The notes below the pieces were generated by a model, which was not told where the DNA came from, ran no database searches, and saw only the letters and a program-made list of their open reading frames with translations. Shown here piece after piece: positions 30,520 to 41,654 of a DNA stretch of 64,000 nucleotides. A program made the translations under genes and the position numbers. The DNA lies in NCBI GenBank assembly GCA_947624165.1, contig CANQJC010000006.1:14861-78860 (forward strand), written 5' to 3'. The first letter of the stretch is position 1. Each line of letters opens with the position of its first letter. This DNA is from an uncultured Clostridia bacterium. Lineage in GTDB: Bacteria; Bacillota; Clostridia; UBA1381.

Positions 30520-31095
30520 ATGCCGAAAAATCAATTTGAAAGAATGATATTTGCATTTATGACCGTTCTCGTTACGGTCCACGCTTATGTGTTTTACAGT
30601 CTGTACGTCATAAACGGCGGCGCGTTTATGGCTGCGACAGGCGCGGACAGCGTTCTTGCCGCGATACGCGCCATGGGAGGAGTAAGCGTGCTCGGCAGAC
30701 CTACGCCGATTTGGGGCGTCGTTATAATAGAATTCACGCTCGCGTATCTGCTCGAAACGCTCATGGGCAGCCCGTGCTCGTTTAAGCTTGCGTCGAAGGT
30801 CTTCGACCCGCGCAAAACCGATCCCGTGATTTTTGAAACGGCTGTGATATGCGCGACGGTGGGACTGATGTGTCCGGCGATGAGCTTTTTGGCGGCGTGG
30901 CTGTATTATCCGTATCAAAACGGTTTTAATATCCTGACGCTCGCGGCGAATTGGTTGAAGCTCGTTTGCTTCAATTTCCCGTTCGCGTTCTTCACGCAGC
31001 TGTTTTTCATTCAGCCGCTCATAAGAACGGCGTTTGCTTTTTTGTTCCGCGCGCGCATATCGAAGGATATGGCGTCGGACGGAGAAAGCGTATAA
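30520..31095 (+). CDS. DUF2798-like membrane protein
   Basis: MPKNQFERMIFAFM start, CPAMS, NFPFAFFTQLFFIQPLIR. Confidence 0.7.
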   Translation: MPKNQFERMIFAFMTVLVTVHAYVFYSLYVINGGAFMAATGADSVLAAIRAMGGVSVLGRPTPIWGVVIIEFTLAYLLETLMGSPCSFKLASKVFDPRKTDPVIFETAVICATVGLMCPAMSFLAAWLYYPYQNGFNILTLAANWLKLVCFNFPFAFFTQLFFIQPLIRTAFAFLFRARISKDMASDGESV

Positions 31096-31203
31096 CGAAA
31101 TATTTGCCGCGCCGTTATTGCAAAAGGTAAAAAAATGTAGTATACTTAATTGGAAAAAGGAATTTGCGCGAATAAAAGCAAATTACGGAAAGGAATTACC
31201 TAC

Positions 31204-32529
31204 ATGAGAAAGCTTCTTGCGGTATGGCTCGGAAAGATACTTACCGTCATAGGGAAATTGGCGGGTAAAAAATCGTCCTCGTCGCCGGGACATTACGCGC
31301 TCAAAATATGTCCCGACCTTGTCGGATGCATTGAAAAATACGTATCAAAGGGGATAATAGTAACCTGCGGAACAAACGGAAAAACGACGACGAACAATCT
31401 CATGGCGTCCGCGCTCGAGGCGAAGGGGTACAAGGTACTGTGCAACAGGCTCGGAGCGAATATGCTTTCGGGCGTCGCGACCGCCGTTTTGCAGGAGATG
31501 AATATTTTCGGACGCTTCAAAGCGGATTACGCGTGTCTTGAGGTGGACGAAGCGTATACGCCGATAGTGTTTGAGCACATAAAGCCGGACGTTATGGTGA
31601 TAACAAATTTATTCCGCGACCAGCTCGACCGTTACGGAGAAATAGACATTACCTCCGATATAATAAAACGCGCCGTGGCGAAAGCACCGAACGCGAAGCT
31701 CGTTTTGAACGGCGACGACCCGCTGTGCGTTCAATTCGGACGCTGCGAGGGAGTGACGGCGTATTATTACGGCATATCCGAGCAGGTGCTCCCGCAGCTT
31801 GACGACACAAAGGAGGGACGTTTCTGTCCCGTGTGCGGCGCGGAGCAGCATTATAATTTTTATCATTACAGTCAGCTTGGGGATTTTAGATGTCCCGACT
31901 GCGGCTTCGCGCGTCCCCCGATAGATTTCGAGGTAAAGAACGTAAGTCTCGGCACGCCGATGAAATTCAGCATAAACGGCAAAGATATGTCGGTAAATTA
32001 CAAGGGCTTCTATAATATATATAACCTTACGGCGGTTTACGCCGCGCTGAACGTTCTCGGCGAAACAGCGGACGATTTTGCCGGACTTCTCGCCGCTTAC
32101 AAGCCGCAGATAGGCAGAATGGAGGAATACGCGTTCAACAAGCCCGTGATACTCAGTCTGTCGAAAAATCCGGCGGGATTTAATCAGGCTATCGCCACCG
32201 TCAACACCGACAAACGCCAGAAGGACGTTATAATCGCGATAAACGACAAAGCGAACGACGGAAGAGACGTGTCGTGGCTGTGGGACGTGGACTTTGACAA
32301 GATAGCCGACGAAAACCTCAACACTCTCACAACGACGGGGATAAGGGTGTATGATATAAGCCTGCGCTTCAAGTACGCCGGCATAAACGTGGATAAAATA
32401 ACGCACGACATGACCGACGCTGTCAAGACGTGTCTCGCGACCGACAGCGAGGTCGTCTATGTGCTTGTCAACTACACCGCGCTTTATCCGACGGAAGCGG
32501 TATTAAAAAAGCTGGGAGGCAGGACATGA
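31204..32529 (+). CDS. murT: Lipid II isoglutaminyl synthase, Mur-ligase subunit
   Basis: GTNGKTTT, NLFRDQLDRYGEID, CPVC..CPDC zinc site, KNPAG, DGRDVSWLWDVDF (DUF1727). Confidence 0.92.
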   Translation: MRKLLAVWLGKILTVIGKLAGKKSSSSPGHYALKICPDLVGCIEKYVSKGIIVTCGTNGKTTTNNLMASALEAKGYKVLCNRLGANMLSGVATAVLQEMNIFGRFKADYACLEVDEAYTPIVFEHIKPDVMVITNLFRDQLDRYGEIDITSDIIKRAVAKAPNAKLVLNGDDPLCVQFGRCEGVTAYYYGISEQVLPQLDDTKEGRFCPVCGAEQHYNFYHYSQLGDFRCPDCGFARPPIDFEVKNVSLGTPMKFSINGKDMSVNYKGFYNIYNLTAVYAALNVLGETADDFAGLLAAYKPQIGRMEEYAFNKPVILSLSKNPAGFNQAIATVNTDKRQKDVIIAINDKANDGRDVSWLWDVDFDKIADENLNTLTTTGIRVYDISLRFKYAGINVDKITHDMTDAVKTCLATDSEVVYVLVNYTALYPTEAVLKKLGGRT

Positions 32530-33251
32530 TGAAAATAAAAATTCTCCATCTTTATCCCGACTTGCTCAACCTTTACGGCGACAAGGGCAATATAGAATGT
32601 ATGCGTTCGCGTCTTGAAAGACGCGGCATAGAAGCGCAGGTCGTTTCCTACACCTGCGAGGATACCGGCTTTGACCTGTCCGACGTGGACATTGTGTTTA
32701 TCGGCGGCGGCTCCGACCGCGAACAGAAGATAGTGTGCGGAAGGCTTTTGGAGCATAAGAACGCCATTAAGGATTACGCGGAAAACGGCGGGGTGATAGT
32801 CGCCGTGTGCGGAGGATACCAGCTTTTGGGCAAATATTACCGTCTCGAGGACGAGACGATAGAGGGACTTGGTATTCTCGATATTTACACCGAGCAGGGC
32901 AAAAAACGGCTCATAGGAAACATCGTGCTTGAAGCCGATTTTACGGACGAAAAAATAGTCGGCTTCGAAAATCACGGTGGAAGAACGTATATAGGCGATC
33001 ACAAGCCGCTCGGACGCGTCCTGTACGGCTTCGGAAACGACGAAAAATCGGGCGCGGAGGGAGTAGTTTACAAAAACGTCGTCGCGACGTATCTGCACGG
33101 ACCTCTCCTGCCGAAGAACCCCGCGCTGTGCGACCATATACTGACGGCCGCCGTAAAACGCGCCGACCCCGATTTTACCGAGCTTGCGCCGCTTGACGAC
33201 GAGCTTGAAAAAAAAGCGAACGAATATATCGTAAACAGATTCGTAAAATAA
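32526..33251 (+). CDS. gatD: Lipid II isoglutaminyl synthase, glutaminase subunit
   Basis: LYPDLLNLYGDKGN, VCGGYQLLG, GFENHGG, YLHGPLLPKNP; coupled to murT. Confidence 0.92.
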   Translation: MMKIKILHLYPDLLNLYGDKGNIECMRSRLERRGIEAQVVSYTCEDTGFDLSDVDIVFIGGGSDREQKIVCGRLLEHKNAIKDYAENGGVIVAVCGGYQLLGKYYRLEDETIEGLGILDIYTEQGKKRLIGNIVLEADFTDEKIVGFENHGGRTYIGDHKPLGRVLYGFGNDEKSGAEGVVYKNVVATYLHGPLLPKNPALCDHILTAAVKRADPDFTELAPLDDELEKKANEYIVNRFVK

Positions 33252-33394
33252 ACGCCGAAAATAACCGTTCCCGCGTGTTTGGGGACGGCTTTTTTCGTAA
33301 GCCGCGCCGCCATGTCCGCGCGGACCAAATCAACAAAAAATCTTGCGGATTCAAATTCTATGTGTTAAAATATTATCAGGACTAATAAAAAGGA

Positions 33395-35371
33395 ATGATT
33401 TTCGGTATGGAGACCAATCTTTCCGCGAAAATAAAAACCGGCGGCAAAACCCCGCTCGAGTTTATTCGGAAAATATTAAAGAAGATAAAGGCGTTTTTTT
33501 TATTTGCCGCGCGCGCGGCTTCAACGCCCTTTAAAGGACTTTGGAAACTTCTGTGCCTGAACAGGGGCTTCGCGCGTTTCGCGTACGTGGATTTTCCCGC
33601 GCGGAGAAAAAAAGCCGCCGCTTACATAAAAAAGCATCTCGTAAGATTCGCCGCGGCGTTCGCCGTGTTTATCGCGGCTTTTGCGACGCTTCTTTTCGTC
33701 ACGCTCAAAAATACCGAAAATTCGGATTACCGCCATATCGGCGGCGGCGAAGCCGATTTCGGAATGGTTCTGCCGCATTACTGTACGTTCGACCACAGCG
33801 AAAAGCCGCGTATCTCTGTTAAGCTGAGCTGGGAGGACGGCGCGGCGGACCTCGAAAACGGCAAAGCCGAAATAAAAATAAGCGCGAGGGTATACCCTGT
33901 GAATTTGAAAAATCCCGAGGTAAAATTTATGTCGTCCGACGAAAAAATAGCCGTCGTCGATAAAAACGGAAATATACGCGTCAAAAATCCGGGCAAGGTC
34001 AAAATATCCGCGCTGCTTGTACATTACGGAAAATCGGCTTCGGCTTCTCTGAGCGCGCGACAGCCCGTGACGGGCATATTCATGCCCGAAAGCACTATAA
34101 CGCTTTACACGAACGGCACGGGACGTCTTCTGCGCGCGAACGTTCTGCCCGCCAACGCGACGGACCCGTCGGTCATATGGAAATCGAAAAACACAAAGGT
34201 GGCGCGCGTGGACTCAAACGGAAACGTAAGACCCGTCGGAACGGGAATGACAGAGATCACGGCGGTGACAGCCGACGGAGCGTTTGAAGGCAGATGCTTC
34301 GTGACCGTCGTCGCTCCTTCGGTAGACGTGGAGACGCTTTCGCTTCAAAACGCGGACGATATGCATATCTCGGTGGGGGACAGCGTGAACGCGGTCATAA
34401 CCGTATCGCCGCAGAATGCGCGCAACAAGACGCTCAAATGGTCGTCGAGCGACAACGACGTCGCCGAGGTAAGCCAGACGGGACGCGTCAGAGGAACGGG
34501 AGAAGGCGTCGCGGAAATAACCGCCGAGAGCGTAAACGGTAAAAAATGTACTTTTAAAGTCGAGGTGTCGGCAGCCGACGGCGGCGACCCGTTCGACCTG
34601 AGCGCGGAGACCGAAACGCCGCCGGAAAGCGGAACCGTCACATACACTCCTTACGACGTGACGTTCCCTCAGGCGGTAAGGATACAGATGATGCAGAACC
34701 CGCAGCCCAAGATATGGACGTCGGGAGGATTTAAGTACGCGTCGCAGACGGAAACGGCTGAGTATATGAACCCGAACAGCTATTTTGACGGCGCGTACAA
34801 ATATCAGTTCCTTGATTTGTCGTATACGAACGGCGTAAGCGAGGAGAGCCTTAATGATTATCTTGCCGACAAGGGCGCGCTCAGCGGTATGGCGCACGTA
34901 TTCATAGAAGCGGCGCGCGAATTTGGCGTAAGCGAGGTTTATCTCGCGGCGCACGCGTGTCTCGAATCCGGCAACGGCACCTCCGAGCTTGCGCGCGGCG
35001 TGGAGACAAACGGTTCCACGGTATACAACGTCTTCGGAATAAACGCCTATGACGACGACCCCGTATCGAGCGGCGCGAGCAGGGCTTACGAGGAGGGCTG
35101 GACGAGCGTGGAGGCGGCAATACGCGGCGGCGCGAAGTGGATAAGCGAGCATTATATAAACAATCCCGACGTAAGACAGAACACGCTTTACAAAATGCGC
35201 TGGGATCCCGAAATGCCGGGAGAGCATCAGTACGCGACCGACATAAGCTGGGCGGTCAAGCAGGCCGTGAGCATAGAAGGCATATTCTCGCAGTTTGCGG
35301 AAGCGTCCGTCTCGTTCGACGTGCCGGTTTACAGCGGACAGATACCGCCGACGATAACGCCGGACATATAA
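33395..35371 (+). CDS. Membrane-anchored N-acetylglucosaminidase (GH73) with about three Big_2 Ig-like domains
   Basis: N-terminal TM; repeated WKSKNTKVARVDSNG / WSSSDNDVAEVSQTG; catalytic LESGNG, NVFGI, QYATD. Confidence 0.88.
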   Translation: MIFGMETNLSAKIKTGGKTPLEFIRKILKKIKAFFLFAARAASTPFKGLWKLLCLNRGFARFAYVDFPARRKKAAAYIKKHLVRFAAAFAVFIAAFATLLFVTLKNTENSDYRHIGGGEADFGMVLPHYCTFDHSEKPRISVKLSWEDGAADLENGKAEIKISARVYPVNLKNPEVKFMSSDEKIAVVDKNGNIRVKNPGKVKISALLVHYGKSASASLSARQPVTGIFMPESTITLYTNGTGRLLRANVLPANATDPSVIWKSKNTKVARVDSNGNVRPVGTGMTEITAVTADGAFEGRCFVTVVAPSVDVETLSLQNADDMHISVGDSVNAVITVSPQNARNKTLKWSSSDNDVAEVSQTGRVRGTGEGVAEITAESVNGKKCTFKVEVSAADGGDPFDLSAETETPPESGTVTYTPYDVTFPQAVRIQMMQNPQPKIWTSGGFKYASQTETAEYMNPNSYFDGAYKYQFLDLSYTNGVSEESLNDYLADKGALSGMAHVFIEAAREFGVSEVYLAAHACLESGNGTSELARGVETNGSTVYNVFGINAYDDDPVSSGASRAYEEGWTSVEAAIRGGAKWISEHYINNPDVRQNTLYKMRWDPEMPGEHQYATDISWAVKQAVSIEGIFSQFAEASVSFDVPVYSGQIPPTITPDI

Positions 35372-35423
35372 ATGTTTGACGCTGCCGAAATGTTGGTATA
35401 TATATTTTATAATCGTATAACGG

Positions 35424-36860
35424 ATGGATTTGACAATGAAGGATATTTCTATAAAAAAGGCGGCTGCCATCAACGCCTCCGCAAGTTATATATGCGTAAT
35501 ACTGCAAATTGTTTTCAATGGCGTTCTCGCGCGTATTCTTTCGCCGGAGGATTACGGAATAGTAACCGTTATAACCGTGTTCACAACCTTTTTCACGGTC
35601 ATATCGAATATGGGCATAGGTCCCGCGTTGATACAGAATAAAGAGCTTACTGAAGAGGATATAAGCAATATTTTTTCTTTCAACTTCTACGCGGCGATTT
35701 TTGTCACGCTGTTTTTTGCGGCGTTTTCCGTCCCGCTTTCAAAGTTTTACGGAAACGAAATGTATATACCGATAGGCGCGCTGCTGTCGATATCGCTGTT
35801 TTTCCACACGCTGAATATAGTGCCTCATTCGTACCTGCTCAAACAGAAGCGGTTCATGGCGATAGGCGTGAGAATGGTTATAGTGAACGTCACAAGCAAC
35901 GCCGTCGCCGTCGTGCTCGCGCTTTTGGGATACAAGTATTACGCGCTCGTATGGCAGGCGATAGTAAACGCGCTCGTATCGTTTCTGTGGAATTACAGCA
36001 CGACGCGTATAAAATTCCGCCCGAAATTCAGCTTTTCGGGACTGAAAAAGATACTGTCTTTCTCGATGTTCCAGATGGGTTACAGTATAATCAATTATTT
36101 TTCGAAGAACATCGACAATCTTATAATAGGCAAATACATCGGCGACAGCGCGCTGGGCTATTACGACAAGGCGTACAAGGTCACGCTTTACCCGCAGAAT
36201 AATCTGACGAACGTGATAACCCCCACGCTTCACCCTATCCTTTCCGTCCACCAGAACGATAAAAAGTACATATATATACGTTACATGGAGATAGTGAAAA
36301 TACTCTCGCTTCTCGGAATGTTTATAGGGATATACTGTTACTTTGCTTCGGAGGAGATAATCGGCATACTGTTCGGACCTCAGTGGGGCGCGTCGGTGCC
36401 GTGTATCGCCATGCTGAGCCTGTCGATATGGGCGCAGATGATAACGGGCAGCGCGCAGTCGATTTTCCAGAGCGCGGGAAATCCGAAAAATATGTTTATA
36501 TCGGGAATTTTCACGATCGCGCTTACCGTTTCGGCGATAATAGCGGGCGTCGCGCAGGGAGACATAGTAAAGATATCGCTTTACCTCACGATTGCGTTTA
36601 ACGTTAATTTCTTTGTGACGTATTACTTCCTCATAAAGAAAACGCTCGATATGAGTTATTCGGGATTTTTGAAAAGCTTCATACCCGAGCTGTGCATCGC
36701 CGCCCTTGTGGCGGCCGCCGGATTCGCGTCGCGGCTTTTGGTCATAGACAATCTCATTCTGAGCGCGTTTGTGAAGGGCGCGGTCATGGGCGCGGCGTAC
36801 GTCGCGGGACTTTTCATCTTCCGTCAGTACAAAGCTTTCGTTTCCTTCATAAAAAAATAG
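35424..36860 (+). CDS. Wzx/WzxC-like polysaccharide flippase (MOP family)
   Basis: LARILSPEDYG, ALIQ, DNLIIGK..LGYYDKAY, about 12 TM. Confidence 0.88.
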   Translation: MDLTMKDISIKKAAAINASASYICVILQIVFNGVLARILSPEDYGIVTVITVFTTFFTVISNMGIGPALIQNKELTEEDISNIFSFNFYAAIFVTLFFAAFSVPLSKFYGNEMYIPIGALLSISLFFHTLNIVPHSYLLKQKRFMAIGVRMVIVNVTSNAVAVVLALLGYKYYALVWQAIVNALVSFLWNYSTTRIKFRPKFSFSGLKKILSFSMFQMGYSIINYFSKNIDNLIIGKYIGDSALGYYDKAYKVTLYPQNNLTNVITPTLHPILSVHQNDKKYIYIRYMEIVKILSLLGMFIGIYCYFASEEIIGILFGPQWGASVPCIAMLSLSIWAQMITGSAQSIFQSAGNPKNMFISGIFTIALTVSAIIAGVAQGDIVKISLYLTIAFNVNFFVTYYFLIKKTLDMSYSGFLKSFIPELCIAALVAAAGFASRLLVIDNLILSAFVKGAVMGAAYVAGLFIFRQYKAFVSFIKK

Positions 36861-36948
36861 ACGCGCCGTGCGCACCTTATTCGGAATATCATGAACACCT
36901 CCGCAATATATATCTAAAAAGGTCAGACTGTTGCGGAGGTGTTTTTTT

Positions 36949-37206
36949 ATGTTTCGCGGATACAATCTCAGGCAGAAGGAGGTTATAAACATAAGCACGG
37001 CGGAGCGACTGGGATATATACGTGATGTGGAAATAAGCGAAAGCACGGGGAGCGTGGAAGCCATAATCGTGCCGCGCCGCGGGTGCGTCCTCAGACGTAT
37101 TTTCGGCGGCGGCGAGCTTATCATACCGTGGAGCGCGATAGAGACCGTCGGCGAGGATATTGTGCTCGTGCGGCTTTTTAATCCCGATATTGAAAAATTA
37201 ACTTGA
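36949..37206 (+). CDS. ylmC: YlmC/YmxH family sporulation PRC-barrel protein
   Basis: [36 protein letters not shown]. Confidence 0.9.
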   Translation: MFRGYNLRQKEVINISTAERLGYIRDVEISESTGSVEAIIVPRRGCVLRRIFGGGELIIPWSAIETVGEDIVLVRLFNPDIEKLT

Positions 37207-37267
37207 AAAATTTTGGATGATAATGTATAATAACCCTATAAATAATATAAAGGTGGGAGAAAAACAA

Positions 37268-37723
37268 ATGAAATGTCCATACTGCGGGTTTTCGGAAAGT
37301 AAGGTTATAGATTCGAGACCGACCGACGAGAGCAACTCCATAAGACGCCGCCGCGAATGTTTAAAGTGCGGCAGACGCTTTACTACATATGAAAAGCTCG
37401 AAGCGATATCGCTCGTAGTCATAAAAAAGGATCAGTCGCGTCAGCCGTATGACAGGGACAAGGTCCTTAAGGGTATAATAACGGCTTGCGAAAAGCGTCC
37501 CATATCTCTTACCGAGATGGAAAAAATAGCCGACGACATCGAGAGCGAGCTGTACCAGAGCGCGTCGCGCGAATTTGAAAGCACAATGATAGGCGAAAAG
37601 GTTATGGAGAAGCTTAAAAAGCTCGACGAGGTCGCTTACGTGCGTTTCGCGTCGGTTTACAAAAGCTTCGACAACATAGATACCTTTATGGCTGAATTGC
37701 AGGGACTTATAAATGACAGATAG
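37268..37723 (+). CDS. nrdR: Transcriptional repressor NrdR
   Basis: [38 protein letters not shown]. Confidence 0.97.
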   Translation: MKCPYCGFSESKVIDSRPTDESNSIRRRRECLKCGRRFTTYEKLEAISLVVIKKDQSRQPYDRDKVLKGIITACEKRPISLTEMEKIADDIESELYQSASREFESTMIGEKVMEKLKKLDEVAYVRFASVYKSFDNIDTFMAELQGLINDR

Positions 37724-38585
37724 CTTAAAAATCGATTTGCATATGCATTCCTCGGCTTCGGACGGTACTTTTTCGCCCTCCGAGACGGCGGAGCTTGCGC
37801 GGACGGAGGGACTTTGCGCCGCCGCGCTGACAGATCACGACACCGTGGACGGCGTCGCGGAATTTATCAAAGCGTGCCGCGCGGAGGGTATAGAAGGTAT
37901 AGCGGGCGTGGAGATGAGCGCGAGCTATAAAAAGGAAATGCACATAGTCGGTCTGTTCGTCGACGAAAACAACGCGGAGCTTTGCGAAAAGCTCGAAAAA
38001 CTTCGCGCCGCGCGCGAAACGCGTAACCGCCGAATGATCTCTTTAATTCGGGAACAAGGCTTCGATATCGGCGAGGACGACATCCTTTCGCAGAAGCACG
38101 GAGCGACGTTCGCAAACACCGGCAGAGCGCATATCGCGCTCGCCATGGTAAAGAAGGGCTATGCGAAAAGCACCGGCGACGCGTTTTCCAAATACCTGAA
38201 AAAGGGCGCGCCGTGTTACGTCGAGCGCGAAACGTACTCCCCCGAGGAGACGATACGCATCATAAAAAACGCCGGCGGTACGGCTATCCTGGCGCACCCC
38301 GTATATATAAGCGAAAGCCGCGTCAAGCTTTACGCGCTGATGAGCCGTTTAAAGGAATACGGAATAGACGGGATGGAGTGCTATTACAACTGCTTCAGTG
38401 AGGAATATTCGCTCATGTGCGCGGATATATGCGATGAGCTCGGTCTCGTCCGCTCCGGCGGCAGCGATTTCCACGGGCAAAACAAGCCCTCGGTACGAAT
38501 GGGCGCGGTATCTACGGGGATCGTACCGTACAGACTTTTGACTGAGATAAAGGAGCGAAGAGGAAGGTCTGTTTGGGGACGCTAA
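37713..38585 (+). CDS. PHP-domain protein (TrpH/YciV-like)
   Basis: [34 protein letters not shown]. Confidence 0.9.
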   Translation: MTDSLKIDLHMHSSASDGTFSPSETAELARTEGLCAAALTDHDTVDGVAEFIKACRAEGIEGIAGVEMSASYKKEMHIVGLFVDENNAELCEKLEKLRAARETRNRRMISLIREQGFDIGEDDILSQKHGATFANTGRAHIALAMVKKGYAKSTGDAFSKYLKKGAPCYVERETYSPEETIRIIKNAGGTAILAHPVYISESRVKLYALMSRLKEYGIDGMECYYNCFSEEYSLMCADICDELGLVRSGGSDFHGQNKPSVRMGAVSTGIVPYRLLTEIKERRGRSVWGR

Positions 38586-38655
38586 AAATTTACGTCCGCA
38601 GCAATACGGGGACACTAAAATCAAAAATCACGAAAAATAAATGGGGACACTAAAA
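38575..38655 (+). repeat. Three GGGGAC(A/G)CTAAAA direct repeats
   Basis: Copies at 38575, 38608, 38643. Confidence 0.75.
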
Positions 38656-38717
38656 CGGGGCGGCCGCCCGCTGCGGCGTCCCTTTGTTTTAATATTGAGA
38701 GAACGGAGAGGATAAAA

Positions 38718-40088
38718 ATGGCACATACCATAGCGGCTCTGTCCACGCCGCCGGGTAACGGCGGCATCGCCGTTATACGCGTAAGCGGAGAGGACGCCGT
38801 CGCGACGGCGGACAAGGTGTTTTCGGGTAAAAAGCGTCTTGCCGACTGCCCGACGCACACGGTCCATTACGGATTCATAAAAAATCAGCGCGGAGAGCGT
38901 ATTGACGAGGTTCTCGTTACCGTTATGCGCGCGCCCGCCACGTTCACGCGCGAGGATGTTGTCGAGATAAGCACTCACGGCGGCTTCAGCGCGCCGAGAG
39001 CCGTTCTTGACGCGCTTATCAGGGCGGGGGCGGTCGCCGCGGAGCCTGGTGAATTTACAAAACGGGCGTTTCTCAACGGACGCATAGACCTGTCCCAGGC
39101 GGAAGCCGTGACGGACATTATAAATTCATCGAACGACATAGCCCGACGCAGCGCGCTCGCGCAGCTTGAAGGTTCGCTGTCGAAGGAAATAAACGAAGTG
39201 AGATCGTCGCTCGTCAATCTCGCCGCCCGTATGCAGGTGGCGATAGACTATCCCGACGAGGAGCTCGAGGACGTCACGCCGGAGGAGATCGCGGCGGCTG
39301 CGCGTGAAAACGAACAAAAGATAGCGAATCTTCTCTCCACCGCCGATAGCGGCAGAATAATGCGCGGCGGTATAAAAACAGCGATAGTCGGGAAGCCGAA
39401 CGTCGGCAAGTCCTCGCTCCTGAACTCGCTCGCACGCGAGGACAGAGCTATCGTCACCGACATAGCCGGAACGACGCGCGACGTTATAGAGGAATATATA
39501 AATCTCGAGGGAATACCGCTCGTACTCGTCGATACGGCGGGGATACGCGTCACCGACGACGAGGTGGAGAAGATAGGCGTGGAGAAGTCGATGAGATCCA
39601 TCGACAGCGCGGATTTCGTCATAGTCATGATAGACGGCACGAGCTTCTTCGACGACGAGGATATTGAGGTACTGCGCGCGACGCGCTCGAAAAAACGCGT
39701 CGTGCTTATAAATAAGACGGATCTGGGTCAAAGCAAATACATCGAAGCCGTCAAAAACCGCGCCGCGCCAAGCCCCGTAATAGAGGTAAGCGCGAAGACC
39801 GGCGCGGGACTTGACGCGCTCGCGGACGAAATACGCTCCGCTTACTCGCTCGGCGCGCTCACGTCCTCCTCCGGCGCGGTGATAACCAACCTGCGCCACA
39901 AGACCGCGCTGATAAAGGGCGGCAACGCGCTCTCCCGCGTGTCGGAAGCGATAGACGCGGGACTTCCGCAGGACGTCGCGTCGATAGATTTAAACATCGC
40001 GATAGACGCGCTCGGAGAAATTACGGGCGAGACCGTGTCCGACGACATTGTGAACGAGATATTCCGCAATTTCTGCGTCGGCAAATAA
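38718..40088 (+). CDS. mnmE: tRNA modification GTPase MnmE
   Basis: TIAALST, GEFTKRAFLNG, GKPNVGKSSL, GTTRD, DTAG, NKTD, FCVGK. Confidence 0.97.
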   Translation: MAHTIAALSTPPGNGGIAVIRVSGEDAVATADKVFSGKKRLADCPTHTVHYGFIKNQRGERIDEVLVTVMRAPATFTREDVVEISTHGGFSAPRAVLDALIRAGAVAAEPGEFTKRAFLNGRIDLSQAEAVTDIINSSNDIARRSALAQLEGSLSKEINEVRSSLVNLAARMQVAIDYPDEELEDVTPEEIAAAARENEQKIANLLSTADSGRIMRGGIKTAIVGKPNVGKSSLLNSLAREDRAIVTDIAGTTRDVIEEYINLEGIPLVLVDTAGIRVTDDEVEKIGVEKSMRSIDSADFVIVMIDGTSFFDDEDIEVLRATRSKKRVVLINKTDLGQSKYIEAVKNRAAPSPVIEVSAKTGAGLDALADEIRSAYSLGALTSSSGAVITNLRHKTALIKGGNALSRVSEAIDAGLPQDVASIDLNIAIDALGEITGETVSDDIVNEIFRNFCVGK

Positions 40089-40198
40089 CGGCGCATAATT
40101 ATACGTCATAACGCAACTTTTTTCAAATAAACTATTGCCAACCGCCTGTTTTTTTGATATGATAGTAAATAATATGTGACACGGCGGAGGGGATTTTT

Positions 40199-40876
40199 AT
40201 GAATACTTTTGCAAACAGGCTGTCCGATACATTCATTGTGGACGGCAGGTGGCGATGGTTCGTCAGCGGTCTGGGCTACACGATGCTCATCACGCTTTTC
40301 GCGGTCATGCTCGGCTGTATAATAGGCGTGATAATGGCGTTGATGCGCCTGTCGAAAAGTAAAATACTGCGCCTGATATCGGGCGTGTACATAGACGTGA
40401 TACGCGGCACGCCGACAATGGTACAGCTGCTCATCATAAACTTTGTTATCCTCGCGCCGATAAACGTACCCGCATGGATAATCGGCTCGATCGCGTTCGG
40501 AATAAACAGCGGCGCGTACATCGCCGAGATCGTGCGCGGAGGTATACTCTCCGTAAACGTCGGACAGACCGAAGCGGGACGCTCGCTCGGTATGACGTCG
40601 CGGCAGACGATGAAGAACATAATCATGCCGCAGGCTATGAAAAATATACTGCCCGCGCTGTGCAACGAATTTGTCGTGCTTATCAAGGAAACGGCGGTCG
40701 TCGGTATGGTCAGCAATATAGACCTTGTCGGCGCGGCGCGTAAGGTGCAGGGCAACACTTACGATTACCTTGTGCCGCTGCTGTCGATCGCGGCAATATA
40801 TTATGTAGTAATTAAAATTATCAGCATAATTTTAAGCAAGGTTGAAGAAGGCATGAGAAAGGCGGACAAGAGATGA
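40199..40876 (+). CDS. Polar amino acid ABC transporter permease
   Basis: [28 protein letters not shown] (EAA loop). Confidence 0.93.
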   Translation: MNTFANRLSDTFIVDGRWRWFVSGLGYTMLITLFAVMLGCIIGVIMALMRLSKSKILRLISGVYIDVIRGTPTMVQLLIINFVILAPINVPAWIIGSIAFGINSGAYIAEIVRGGILSVNVGQTEAGRSLGMTSRQTMKNIIMPQAMKNILPALCNEFVVLIKETAVVGMVSNIDLVGAARKVQGNTYDYLVPLLSIAAIYYVVIKIISIILSKVEEGMRKADKR

Positions 40877-41595
40877 TAAAGGTAACGGGACTGAAAAAAA
40901 GCTTCGGCGACTTGGAGGTTTTGAAGGGTATTGACCAACACGTCAAAAAAGGCGAGAAGGTCGTCGTGATAGGACCGTCGGGTTCGGGTAAATCCACGTT
41001 CCTGCGCTGCATCAACCTGCTCGAGGTACCGACCGAAGGCGAAATACTGATAGAGGGCGAATGTATAACCGACCCCAAAACGAACGTAAACAGAATAAGA
41101 GAGAAAATGGGTATGGTGTTCCAGCAGTTCAACCTGTTCCCGCACCTGAGCGTAATGGACAATATAACGCTCGCGCCCATAAAAGTAAAGAAAATTCCGA
41201 AGGACGAAGCTGAGAAACGCGCCCGCGGACTTCTCGAAATGGTCGGACTTGCCGACAAGGCGGACGCGTACCCCGCGCAGCTTTCCGGCGGTCAGCAGCA
41301 GCGTATCGCCATAGCGCGCGCTCTCGCGATGGACCCCGACATCATGCTCTTTGACGAACCCACGTCCGCGCTCGACCCCGAAATGGTGGGCGAGGTGCTC
41401 CAGGTAATGAAAAACCTTGCGGACGACGGTATGACGATGGTCGTCGTTACGCATGAAATGGGCTTCGCGCGCGAGGTCGGCTCCCGCGTCCTGTTTATGG
41501 ACGGCGGCTACGTCGTTGAGGAAGGCACGCCCGAGGAGGTATTCTCGAACCCCAAAAACGACAGAACGAAGGAATTTTTGAGTAAGGTACTCTAA
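40873..41595 (+). CDS. Polar amino acid ABC transporter ATPase (GlnQ-like)
   Basis: [28 protein letters not shown]. Confidence 0.95.
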   Translation: MIKVTGLKKSFGDLEVLKGIDQHVKKGEKVVVIGPSGSGKSTFLRCINLLEVPTEGEILIEGECITDPKTNVNRIREKMGMVFQQFNLFPHLSVMDNITLAPIKVKKIPKDEAEKRARGLLEMVGLADKADAYPAQLSGGQQQRIAIARALAMDPDIMLFDEPTSALDPEMVGEVLQVMKNLADDGMTMVVVTHEMGFAREVGSRVLFMDGGYVVEEGTPEEVFSNPKNDRTKEFLSKVL

Positions 41596-41654
41596 AAACG
41601 TATAAAGGCACTTCGGTGTTGATAATAAAAAAATCATTTTAGGAGGAAATCAAA

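Noticed and set aside
35739-37124. 461-aa antisense ORF (likewise 34214-35473 and 13221-14189)
   Set aside because: Shadow frames of well-supported genes on the opposite strand, with no recognisable motifs.
26053-38655. GGGGACACTAAAA clusters as CRISPR arrays
   Set aside because: Units are only 12-13 bp, spacing is irregular, there are three per cluster and no cas genes.
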